This document shows, one piece after another, positions 24,076 through 35,288 of a DNA stretch of 64,000 nucleotides. How positions within the stretch are numbered: the first letter of the stretch is position 1; each line of letters begins with the position of its first letter. The position numbers and the translations under genes were made by a program. The stretch is from Azolla caroliniana (Eukaryota; Plantae; Polypodiophyta), in contig JBHGNT010000015.1 in assembly GCA_043228905.1 (NCBI GenBank), positions 13,578,001 to 13,642,000 of the forward strand, written 5' to 3'. The notes beneath the pieces were generated by a model, which saw only the letters and a program-made list of their open reading frames with translations, searched no databases and was not told the DNA's origin.

Positions 24076-27000
24076 TGTAAAAAGTAGCGTGCAGAAGCAA
24101 GTATAAAGACCGAACAGAAGGAAGAAAACTCAGGTTTAATGGAGAGCTTGAGCTTACGCAGTCTACGCGGGAGAGACAGAGGGAGTGAGAGAGAAAAAAC
24201 AAGAACTATATTCAACACTCTATACATATGTGTGTTCAATGAACATTTTTATACAAGTCCTAGAAGGACTGACAATACTTTAATGCTCATTAAGAGCTCC
24301 TATACTAACTCCCAAATATATTCCTCACGGAATATCTTTCCTAACGGCCTCCCGGTTTACGCACTCGGCCTAACCGATCGGTCCCAACCGATCTGGTCCT
24401 CGGCTTCTTCAGCCGATCCGGCCGATGTTGAGCTTGTCTCTCAACACTCCCCCTCAAGCTCAACTTGAGGCTCTTTGGGCTCACAGTTCCGGTTCCTCCT
24501 GGCTTCACGCCTCGCTCGTGCTCCTCGACCTGTTCGACTCCGCACGCTTCGACCCTTTCGGTCGGCTTGTCTGCTCATGTGGCCCTTGTCAGCTCTTCTG
24601 CTGTTGCGGTGTTGACGCTTCTCCTGCTGCCTTTTCTTCCGCTTGGGCCTCGGTTGATTCAGTGTATCTGAATCAAACATCCGAACCGACTCGACTACAC
24701 CCGATCGGTTTTCTCTCTCGTCCGAGTTGGCTGTCTCCAACTTGTCTTCGGTCTTCTCGCCCTCGATGGCATCATCTTCCCCATGCGTGGTTGGCTTCGG
24801 CTCTCTCCTTCGGCTGCTCCCCTTCTGTCCGCTTCCGGACTTTTCCGCGGGTCCGCCCTCGGCTTCTTCAGCTGATCCGAAGTCGAACTCGACAACCGAG
24901 TCAACCGAGTCAACCGACTTGGTGTCGCGGTCTCCGCTCCTTTCCTGCTGCTTTGCATGGTCGTTCGTAACTGTTCTCCCCCTCAAGTTTGGCACGTCGA
25001 GGTGACGCAATCCGAGCGCACATGAGAATTACCGCAACTTGTCCAAACCAAGAGGCTTGGTGAAGATGTCGGCAGTCTGCCGATCTATCGGAACGTACTG
25101 AAGTTCGACTTCACCGGAAAGGACACGCTCACGGACGAAATGGTAGTGCACCTCAATGTGCTTGGTCCATGCGTGGAAAACGGGGTTTTTCGCGAGCTGG
25201 ATGTTGCTGAGGTTGTCGCAGTAGATTGTCGTCGGATCTGACACTTCCTCTTGCAAGTCCTTAAGTAGCCGCTTCAACCATATGGCTTCGCATCTCACGA
25301 CAGCCACTCCTCGGTACTCAGCTTCGGTGCTCGACAGTGCAACTGTCGGCTGCTTCTTATTGCTCCATGCGATCGTGGCACTCCTGAGGGAGAACGCGTA
25401 TCCGGACGTGGATCGGCGATCGGCGGCATTGCCAGCCCAATCAGCAACGGTGTAGCCGACTAACTGCGTGGCTGCACCGGTCCGATATAGCAGTCCCCGG
25501 TCCTTAGTGCCGTTGACATACCGAAGTATGCGTTGCGCACACTGAAGGTGCTCCTCGGTAGGTCGCACCATGAACTGACTGATCACTCCGACCGGATAAC
25601 TGAGGTCGGGTCGGGTGATGGGCAAGTATATGAGGCTTCCGACAATTTGTCGGAACCTCGTCGGGTCGCATACCTTTCCCATATCGGGACGAAGCTTGAC
25701 GGTTCTGTCCAGAGGAGTCGAGACGGACTTACAGTCGGCCATCCCGAATTTGAAGAGCATACTCAACACGTAATGACTTTGGCTGATCAATATGCCTTTC
25801 GGGGGTTTGGATCACTTCGATCCCGAGGAAGTAATGAAGGTTCCCCAGATCCTTCATGTTGAACGATGCTGCAACTTGGAGCTTCACGCGGTCGATTTCA
25901 CCTAGGTCGGCGCTGGTGATGACCAAGTCATCAACATATAGTAAAATACTAACCGGTCCGAGTCAACCTTTCCGGATGAACAGGGAACAGTCCGATTTTG
26001 ACGTGACGAAGCCCATCCGATGCAGTTGTTGCGTGATCTTCGCGTTCCAGGCACGCGGGGCTTGCTTCAGTCCGTAAAGGGACTTCTTCAGTCGGCATAC
26101 TGCCGAGGAGTTCGTGCTGGAGTGAAATCCGGGGGGTTGTACCATGTACACCTGTTCCTCAAGGTCACCTTGCAAGAACGCATTCTTTACATCCATCTGA
26201 TGTAAGTGCCACCCATTCACCGCAGCTACTGCGAGCAAAACACGGACGGTCGTCATCTTCGCGACCGGCGCAAACGTCTCATCGTAGTCGATGCCGTGTT
26301 TCTGCGCGTAGCCCTTTGCCACTAGCCGAGCCTTGTACCGGTTGACTGAGCCATCAGTGTTGTACTTGACCTTGTACACCCACCTACACCCGATCGGTTT
26401 TACCCCTCTTGGTGCGTCAACCAGGTCCCAGGTCTCGTTCTCCGCCAATGCGTGCATCTCTTCCTCCATCACGGCACGCCAATTCGCGTCTTTAGCCGCT
26501 TCTGCGTAGCTCTCCAGCTCACGCACTTCCGCTACACGGGTCATGTACGCATAATGATGCGCCATGTACTCGTTGTATCCGAACCGCAAAACAGGATTCT
26601 TCTGGCGGGTAGATCGGCGTAATCTCACATTAGCCGATGTCGAGGCCTTCTCGGTCGACGCGCACTTCACCTTTAAAGACCCGTCACCGGTTCCCTCGGA
26701 GTCGGACTCGCGTCGGTCGGACTCGTTCCTATCCGTGCCGGGATCCGACACCTTCTTCTTCCCTTTCTCTTTGTGCGTAAGCCGTCTCCTCAGCTTCCTG
26801 CGCGGGGAATGCACGGCCGAGTCTCTACTACTCGCCGGCTCTTCATCGGATTGGTCGTACCGACTCAGTTGTCCAATCAGTCCACTTAAACGGAGTGAAA
26901 TCGGACTCTCTTCACGGGTCTCGATTTCGGGCTCATCCGGAGGCATCTCGGCCTCGCTGACCTCAACGAGTTGGGGTTCGGAGTCGGGGGCTGGTACCAG

Positions 27001-29713
27001 TATGCGGACTCGTCAAACACAATGTTGCGTCTAACACGCGCTTGTTTGGTGCGAGGGTTATAGCACTTATAACCCTTCTGCTTGTCCAAGTAGCCGACCA
27101 AGATGCATTTCTCGGCCTTGTCCAGCTTCCTCCTTTTCTCCTTCGATACATGCACATACGCAATGCTACCGAACACCCTCAAGTGTTGCAAGTTCGGTTT
27201 TGTTCCGAAATATAGCTCGTGCGCCGACACTTTGTCTCCGATCCGGTTCTGGATGTATACCGCGGTCCTTACCGCCTCCGCCCAGTAGAACTTGGGCAAG
27301 CTCTTCTCCTCCAGCATTGCCCGTGCCGCTTCCACAACTGACCGATTCTTTCTCTCGGCCACGCCGTTCTGCTCCGGCGTGTATCTACAACTGAATTCGC
27401 GCTGAATTCCCATTTGTTGTAGATAACCGTTGAATTGACCGGAAAAGTACTCTTTCCCGCCATCCGACCGCAGGCACTTGATCTTTCGTCCTGTTTCCGT
27501 TTCCACGAACCCTTTGAGGTCCCGGAAACAGTCGAAGACTTCGCTCTTCCTCTCAATGAGGTAGATCCACGTGTGCCGCGTGTGGTCGTCGATGAAGGAG
27601 ACGAAATATCGGCTCCTGCCAAGACTAACGTTTTGTGCCGGCCCCCATACATCGGAGTGTATAAGGTCAAGCTTGTTCCGGCTCCGGTTTCGCTCGTTTG
27701 GGAAAGGAAGTCGGTGTTGCTTCCCGAGTTGGCAGGCTTCACAAATTTGTGCCTTTCGGCCACTAAATTTGGGCAATCCAAAAACTACCTGTTTCGATTG
27801 CAGATCTTGAAGCCGCTGGTAGTTGACGTGGCCTATCCGCTTGTGCCACAAGTCGATGTCCGACTCGGATTTTTGTCCCTTCGCGAACATTGTGGTGCCG
27901 CCGTCAGTGGAGTCGAGGATGAACATCCTCCCGTCTCTGCGCCCTTGCGCAATCACACAACCTTCTTCCTCAGTGAAGAACCCGAGGTGTGTAAACCGAA
28001 CCTCCATCCCTTGGTCGACGATCTGTCTGACCGAGACCAAGTTCTTCGTGATTGTCGGAGCGTGCAGCACGTTCATGAGTTTCCCTTTCTGCCCAACATG
28101 GCTAAGGGGAACTTCTTCGACATTCGCGATCGGATGCGGAGTGTCGTCTCTAGTTGCGACTACTCCAGGTTGTATCGGTTTTTCAAGGTACGAGAACCAC
28201 TCCTTATGGCTCGTCATGTGGTTTGATGCTCCGGAGTGTACGTACCACACTTCGTCCGATCTCGGGGTGGTCTGTTTCATTGAGTTTGCTTCGTGTCTCG
28301 TCACAAAGGCAGACCCTTCTCCGGCTCTCCCGAAGTCTTCGGCGTAGTGCGATCGCTGCCGATTTCCCTTGTCGGTATGTTCGGAGCCGTTTCCGGAACC
28401 GGTTCTCTCCGAATCGGCGAGCTTCTTCTAGTACTCACTTTCCCTGTGGCCTTTCTTGCCACAGTACCAGCACTCCGCGATGACCTTCCCTTGCCGGTTC
28501 TCATCGCTTCGACTCCCCCTATTTCCGGAGGGTCCGGAGTTGTTGTCGGCATCACTTCGATGCCTTCTTCCTTGATCTCCTCGGCCGTCTCCATTGCGCG
28601 CCGACTCGCCTCGTCCTCCACGTCCATGGGGCCTATATCCCTCCGTGTACAACATTCTGCTGTCGGTGTGCGTGCTTGTAGACGCACCCGCGTGGTTCTC
28701 CTCTACCAGGAGCACTGACTGTAAGTCGAAAAAGGACGGCGTATTCTCCCGGGTACACACAGCCATTCGGAACGCTCCGAACTTCGACGCCAAACCTCCG
28801 CGACAGATCTGGACCATCTCGCTCTCCTCGATGTTCACCTCTATGGAGGTGAGGGAGTCGCAGATATTCTTGATCTTCGAGGTATAGTCCGCCACCGAGA
28901 AGTCGCGTTGTCGTAGGTTGCTCAACTCCTGTCGGAGCTGAAGTTTCCTGGCTGTGGTGCTCGCGGCGAAAATCTTCTTCAGATTTTCTCACGCACCCTT
29001 CGGCGTCTTTGCATCCCGAACATAGCTCAATAGTTGTTCGCCCACACAGGACGCGAAGCAGTATAATACCCTGCTCGTCGATTGCTCCCACGACGGGAAG
29101 TCTCTGTGTGTCAATTCGGGTGCCACATCATTAGCTCCTTCGACATAACTCTAGTAGCCGTGCCCGAGCAGGTACTGGTGCATCTTGTAGGACCAAGACG
29201 TGTAGTTGGTTCTGTCGAGCTTCTCTGTTGGAAGCGAGCTCGCCATGCCTCTATCCATCGTTCTTCTTGTTCTTCTTCGTCAAGCTGTGTCGGCTGCAGA
29301 GAGGTTCTCAACCCTTGCACTCTGATACCATGTAAAAAGTAGTGTGCGGAAACAAGTATAAAGACCGAACAGAAGGAAGAAAACTCAGGTTTAATGGAGA
29401 GCTTGAGCTTACGCAGTATACGCGGGAGAGATAGAGGGAGTGAGAGAGAAAAAACAAGAACTATATTCAACACTCTATACATATGTGTGTTCAATGAACA
29501 TTTTTATACAAGTCCTAGAAGGACTGACAGAAGTACTGACAGTACTTCAATGCTCATTAAGAGCTCCTATACTAACTCCCAAATATATTCCTCACGGAAT
29601 ATCTTTCCTAACGGCCTCCCGGTTTACGCACTCGGCCTAACCGATCGGTCCCAACCGATCCGGTCCTCGGCTTCTTCAGCCGATCCGGCTGATGTTGAGC
29701 TTGTCTCTCAACA
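24076..29713 (-). mobile_element. Ty1/Copia element C, full length, with TSD ACGAG
   Basis: LTRs 24076-24446 and 29331-29713. ACGAG at 24071-24075 and 29714-29718. Met PBS TGGTATCAGAG abuts the LTR. PPT at 24447-24457. Confidence 0.97.
24441..29246 (-). pseudogene. Copia C gag-pol (frameshifted) with ~180-aa charged C-terminal extension
   Basis: [42 protein letters not shown], RNase H. ORF 24441-25010 is in frame with the RNase H ORF. Confidence 0.9.
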
Positions 29714-29904
29714 ACGAGTAACAGAGAGACAAAGCGTATGTGTATTGTATCTTAGAGAGAGTGAGAAAGAAGCAATAAAGCTTTCCATTAGAGCTTGCGT
29801 TGTGTAAGTCCACGCCTATTCTACTTTCTGTCTGCATTGTTTGTTGTTCCGAACTGATCACAGATCCATACACGTTTCCGCAAATCGCACTCGTTGCCCC
29901 CACA

Positions 29905-31105
29905 GGATGCAGCAAAGGTCAAAATGGTGGTATAGTGGCAGACTCCGCATTTATTGTGAGATGTGCAATGCTTTTTGGGTTTTCCAATTTCTACTACAAG
30001 TTCATACAAGATTACTCAAAGCTTGTTTTGCCTCTCACATAGCTTACCAGGAAGGGACAATGGTTCGTTTGGTCTGAAGAAGAAAACATGACTTTTGAGA
30101 GTCTTAAGAAGGCATTTACAAATTGAACTCCTATTCTATCTCATGTTGATCCGGAAAAATCATTCATCATTGAAGCAAACGCGTCGGATTTCGCCTTGGG
30201 TAGCATTTTGTCACAACAAGGCGATGATGAAAAGCTACATCCTGTGGCTTTCCACTCATGCAAGTTTGATGACGCCGAAATCAACTATGAAATTCATGAT
30301 AAGGAGTTATTAGCAATAGTGGACTCTTTTACACAATGGAAGTATTTTCTAAAGGGATCTTCTCATCAAGTCACCGTAATCGGTGATCACAAAAACCTGG
30401 CCTACTTTCAGAATGCTCATGTGTTAAATCGACGTCAAGCTCGGTGGGCCCAATTCCTCACTCGTTTCGACTTCAAAATTACATATCGTCCAAGAAAGCA
30501 ACAAGGGAAGGCAGATGCATTATCATGGCACTCGTATCTAGCACCGCATCCTAGCGAGCCAACTTTCGATAACCAAAAGCAAGTAATCTTGGGACCGGCA
30601 CGACTACAAGCAACGCACGTCTTCGGTATGCCCTTGGATTCCCACATTATCGGGTATGGCTACTACAATGACACATCAAGACTACTCGCCCATGCGAGAA
30701 GTTGGATTATCGGCGATTAGGTCCTTTCCGTATTATCGGAAAAATTAATGATGTCGCTTTTTGTCTCAATCTACGTCCACAACTTCCGATACATCCGGTT
30801 TTTCATAGTTCTCTCTTCGAAACCTATCAAGATAGCACCAACCCAGGTTGTATTAAACAACCTCCACCCCCGATCGAACTTGAAGATGGACCTGAGTACG
30901 AGGTTGCCGCCATCCTTGATTCCAAGATTGTTCGATTTAGTCGATTGGCTAGGATATAGTCCCAACGAGCATACTTACGAACCAATAGAGAATGTGACCA
31001 ATGCTCGTGCTCTTCTTGAAGACTTCCATTGTCAATATCCAGAGAAACTGGGCCCTCTATCCAAAATGACTTGTGACACTCGTCGTTTTAAAGGAGGGGG
31101 GATAG
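29905..31105 (+). pseudogene. Tcn1-like chromovirus: RT end, RNase H, GPY/F and chromodomain (integrase core deleted)
   Basis: NYEIHDKELLAIV, DHKNL, LGPFRII..HPVFH, EYEVAAILDSK..VDWLGY...TYEPIEN. PPT AAGGAGGGGGGATAG. Confidence 0.9.
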
Positions 31106-31398
31106 TGTCATGATATGGCAAAACTCGAACCCATGACCTTATGTTACATGGGTTGAGCTCTTAACCATTAGACTGTATGTTGTAATACAACGGATATTAT
31201 TTTCATTTAAGTTTTACTAGACAAAATTGAAGTATATTCCAGATTTCTCTGGAAAATTCTAGAAACTTCAGGAGTACTCCTTAGAACATTATAAAAGGAG
31301 GCACAAGGAATTATTTCGAACCAAATCGGTTCAATTCCAGTCTTAAGCCTCCTAGCCATCCTTGTATATTGTTTTCCCATAATATATCGTTGTCATCA

Positions 31399-31440
<42 letters not shown>

Positions 31441-31510
31441 TCTCGAGTGTTCTATACCCTCTTTTCCTCTTAGTACTAATTTCCTCTCTGTCTCAGTACT
31501 ATTCCTGACA
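31106..31510 (+). repeat. Chromovirus 3' LTR (405 bp)
   Basis: TGTCA...TGACA termini after the PPT, TATAAAA at ~31290, (CT)n at ~31404-31438. Confidence 0.85.
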
Positions 31511-32781
31511 GTGGAACATCACCTTTCAATGGCACTGAGGGAGACCTGTTGATCAAATAAATGGTTGTATACATTGCCTCAGCCCAACACAATTTCGGCA
31601 ATTTAGCATGAGAGAGCATGCTCCTTACTCTTTCCATGATTGTTCGATTCATCCTCTCTGCAAGCTCATTCAACTCAGGGGTCTTTAGCATTGTGTTCGA
31701 TTTGAATACCTTGGGCCTTGTAGTACTTGGACAACCCTCTATATTTGCCACCATTGTCAGTTTAGACAACGTTCAACTTCCAACCCGACTCTCTTGCAGC
31801 CCTTGCCTGGAACTCCTTTAAAAACGACAGTACTTGGTCCTTCGACTTTAGTACGAAAGCCCACAACTTCCAACTGTAGTCATCAATGAACGTCACGAAG
31901 TATTGTGCACCGCGATGTGATGGAGCATCTACATATCACACATCCATGTGTACCAGTTCCAGTGGCACTTCTCTTCTTCTCAGTCGTCTTGAGTGGAATG
32001 CAACTCTGTTCTACTTTCAAACTAAGCAGTCGACACACTTCTCCAAGTGCACTCCTTTCACTTATGGGAGAAGTTCCTGATCAGCCATGATATGCATTCC
32101 CTTTTCACTCATGTGGCCTAGTCTCTCATGCCATAACTCTCCACTCGAGTTGGCTGCCACATTTGCTTCTGACTTGCACAGTCGGGCATGCATCATATAC
32201 AATGTGCCCTCTTTCTGTGCTCAGGCCACAATGAGGTTTCCTTGGCAGAACTTCCACTAGTCGTTTCGAAAGGTACCACTATAGCCTTCATCATCCAACC
32301 TTCCAGTCAATATCATATTCAATCTGATATCGTGGACATGTCGAACTTCCCTCAGAGTCAGTCGACAACCTCTCGACGTCATCAGGCTTACACTTCCTAT
32401 GCTGAATATCATGCATTCTCCATTATCTCCCATCTTTACATAGCCATGATCCCCATATGTGTAAATCAAGACACCCTCTCGATGGAGTTATATATGGAAA
32501 GATACACCCGAGTCGATTACCCAGGTACACTCTTCACTTGTAAGATTTGTGCTTGTCGGCTCGTAGCTACGGCTGATGTGCCCTTTTCGTCAAGAATCTT
32601 CCTTGATTCGACATTATTACCAACACCTTTGTTCTTCTTGAGGTGTCGGCAGTCCTTCTAGAAGTGTCCAGGCTTTTCATAATAAAAGCATGCCAGTTTG
32701 CCTCTAGACTTGGACCTGGCACTTCTTTGTGGACTCGTTTGCCATTACCTTCCTCTATAGGTATGTTGAGTCAGATTTGAT

Positions 32782-33227
32782 TGTTGAGAGATCAAGCTCA
32801 ACTTAGTTTAGTTAGTTAGTCAACACATGTAACTTAGTAGTTACCTAGATAGAATCTAGTTAGTGTGTTGACCATAAAGCCTTAAATAGGATTTTGTACT
32901 CGAGTGGGATACATTGTAGATCCACCACTCCATGCTCATTTAATATAAGACTAACACGTTGTACCTATATTCTCCTAGCACATGTGCACCCTTGCACATG
33001 AAACCTATATATACCTCATTGAAGGTATTTTTGTATTTGATGATAGTTGATGATATTTATCTTTTAATATACTTTATCATCCCCCATCTTGTTTTTGTGT
33101 TCATAAGTGTACTTCTCTCTCTCTTCCTCTCACGCACATATCACTTAATCTTCCGCTACGTAATTGCTTAACTAAATCACATAATTAAGTGATAATTATT
33201 CCTTAATTAATTACCTAATCCTTAACA
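32782..33227. mobile_element. Probable solo LTR
   Basis: TGTT...AACA termini, TATATA, interrupts E1 gag. TSD is not clean. Confidence 0.7.
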
Positions 33228-33256
33228 AACTCCGACTGGGACAGGACACTCTCATC

Positions 33257-33625
33257 TGTCACATCTAGACTTGAACCTTTGACCTATAACACACTCAATA
33301 CTTAGTATTAGATAAACCTTTTGGAAACCCTTAAGTTACATGTAAATTGTATATGGTTTAATATTGTATAGTTTAGCATATAGTTCAAAATATTCTAGTC
33401 TTTAGTATATTCTAGAAATATTCTATGGTATATTCTAGACGGATATATTCTAGAGATATTTCTTACATATATTCTAGAGATATTCAATCTCCGAACTTGT
33501 ATAAATATGTGTGTTCACCTAGATTACAATCAACGTGAACAACACCAGTTACAGAGTCTTTCAATTAATCAACTCATCCTTTTGATTATCTTCTACTCTC
33601 TTGTGCATGTTTTCTATCCATGAGA
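33257..33625 (+). mobile_element. Solo LTR related to the chromovirus LTR
   Basis: TGTCA...TGAGA (mutated TGACA). Flanks TCATC/TTGTC fit a CpG-decayed TCGTC TSD. Start resembles the LTR at 31106. Confidence 0.7.
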
Positions 33626-34475
33626 TTGTCCTTCCTTCTTGTCTCCTTGTTCAAGATACTTGTCTTTACCGCTTGTAGAGACAAGTTCTCTTCTTGACAC
33701 GAGGTGCTAAGAGTCACCACTAGGTTCTCCCAGCTATCCGACAGGGTACACAGTAGTAGTACTGTCTACATTGCATCCTCCAGGGGAAACTTGGTTGTCG
33801 CAAGTTGGTTCACATACCCATGAATGTGTTACGTGCTCCATTATACTTTCTCAGTCCCTGTATTTCAGCCTCACAATCTTTGTCATCAAACATGTTTTGT
33901 TGAGGGTGTTCTTCCTCTCATATACAGCTAACAACTTTTGCCACATCGTAGGCATTTGTGTCGTTCGCCACATGTTAAAGGACGCTTACATCAACGCACT
34001 ATCTGATGGTGGCCACCGCCTTGCTATTCAGAAGTTTCCATTCATACTCTAACACCCCCGTGGTTATTTCTGCTCTATCGATAGGCTCGTATGGTCTTTG
34101 ACTATGAGAAGGTCTTCCATCTTTAAGTTTATCTTCCATTCCACATAGTTGTGTGAACTATCATCCCTGGGAAGCCACTCACACCTCCATCCATGCTTGC
34201 ACCTCAAGCTCTGATACTAGTTTGTTGAGATGGAATCGTAAATCCCTCTTTGGAAGATACACAAAAATACATCGCTCGGAACAGAGAACAACAAATAGAC
34301 AAAATATACAATGCACATTGTTTTACGTGGATACCCTAAACAGATCTTCCACTATACACAGAGAATACAAAGAACGGTTACAACTCTTCTCTGATACTCA
34401 GAGGATAACCCCTTAGGGTTCTTGGCAGTCTTGCTAAACTTTGTCGCCTCTCTCTCTCTCTCTCTCTCTCTACAA

Positions 34476-35288
34476 GTTAAGAAACCAACGCCCTACACCC
34501 TCCTCCTCCTTGAGACGGGATCACTTCCCATTGAGATCATGGCCATGGAAAGGGTTGTTGAATACATGCTTAAGGTTCAAAAAAGTCAGGGACTTCCTAG
34601 AATTGCATGGGAAGCAAGCAAAAAGATCCAAAAGACACATAAAAGCAAAACTTTGTGTTCCAGTTGGATGCAAGATATAGAAAAATGGTTTGGTAGATGG
34701 GATGTGAGACACTTGCTTCATGATGCATCACTAGATTCCTCTATAAATGAGGCCTTTTTGCAATGCCAATGTATCAGGACATGGAACAAATGTGGAGGCT
34801 CACACTTCACACATTATACTACACATGTTGCACCTAACTACAAAACCATATTCTTTGTGGAAAAGGGAAACCATACACATCGATACATTTAGAGCCCATA
34901 CCGTTATCTGCCATTCGAACCATTGCTTCAATGTGACTTAGCTCACATGCATTGCGATGTAAGACAGGGCATTGGGGAACAAGTGATGAGAGTGGTTGGC
35001 TATGCACACTTTTCCGTAAACAATTTCTCGAGTCTGAGTATCACACTTTGATACAATGCTCTGCCTTTCATCATATTTGACCATGTTTTCCACTTCTCTT
35101 TGACCGAGCCCAATCCTTGCATGAATTCCTCTGACAACCACAATGTGCACTCTCGATTGCAACATTCATTGGTAAAGTTCTTGAACATTGAGAATCACTA
35201 CTCACTTTCACACGTATCACGTGCAATGTAATATTTTTGGTCTCATAGGTCATATTTGACCTCCAAAGACAATAATATAATCTATCTA
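34476..35288 (+). mobile_element. 5'-truncated LINE (second RTE-X-like family) with short (TCTA)n tail
   Basis: LLLETGSLPIE..., decayed CCHC region (SSHALRC...LC...ESEYHTLIQC). 3' end GTCTCATAGG...AAGACAATAATATAATCTATCTA resembles the 3' end of the other LINE. Confidence 0.7.

Larger units (their letters stand above)
19696..29904 (+). mobile_element. Ty1/Copia element D (5' LTR lost, degenerate), 3' LTR interrupted by element C
   Basis: gag EIRKFD..NFALWK, WHGRLGH, FVDD RT, RNase H. PPT GGGGGAG at ~23952. LTR pieces 23961-24075 and 29719-29904. Confidence 0.85.
31511..34475 (-). mobile_element. Ty1/Copia E1 (Tork/Tnt1-like) 5' half, carrying two solo-LTR insertions
   Basis: Colinear with E2. 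Met PBS 34208-34219, LTR from 34223. Integrase interrupted by the chromovirus LTR at 31510. Confidence 0.85.

Noticed and set aside
27435-28226. 263-aa antisense ORF in Copia C (and similar ones in G)
   Set aside because: Expected shadow ORFs of GC-rich coding sequence, with no recognisable motif.
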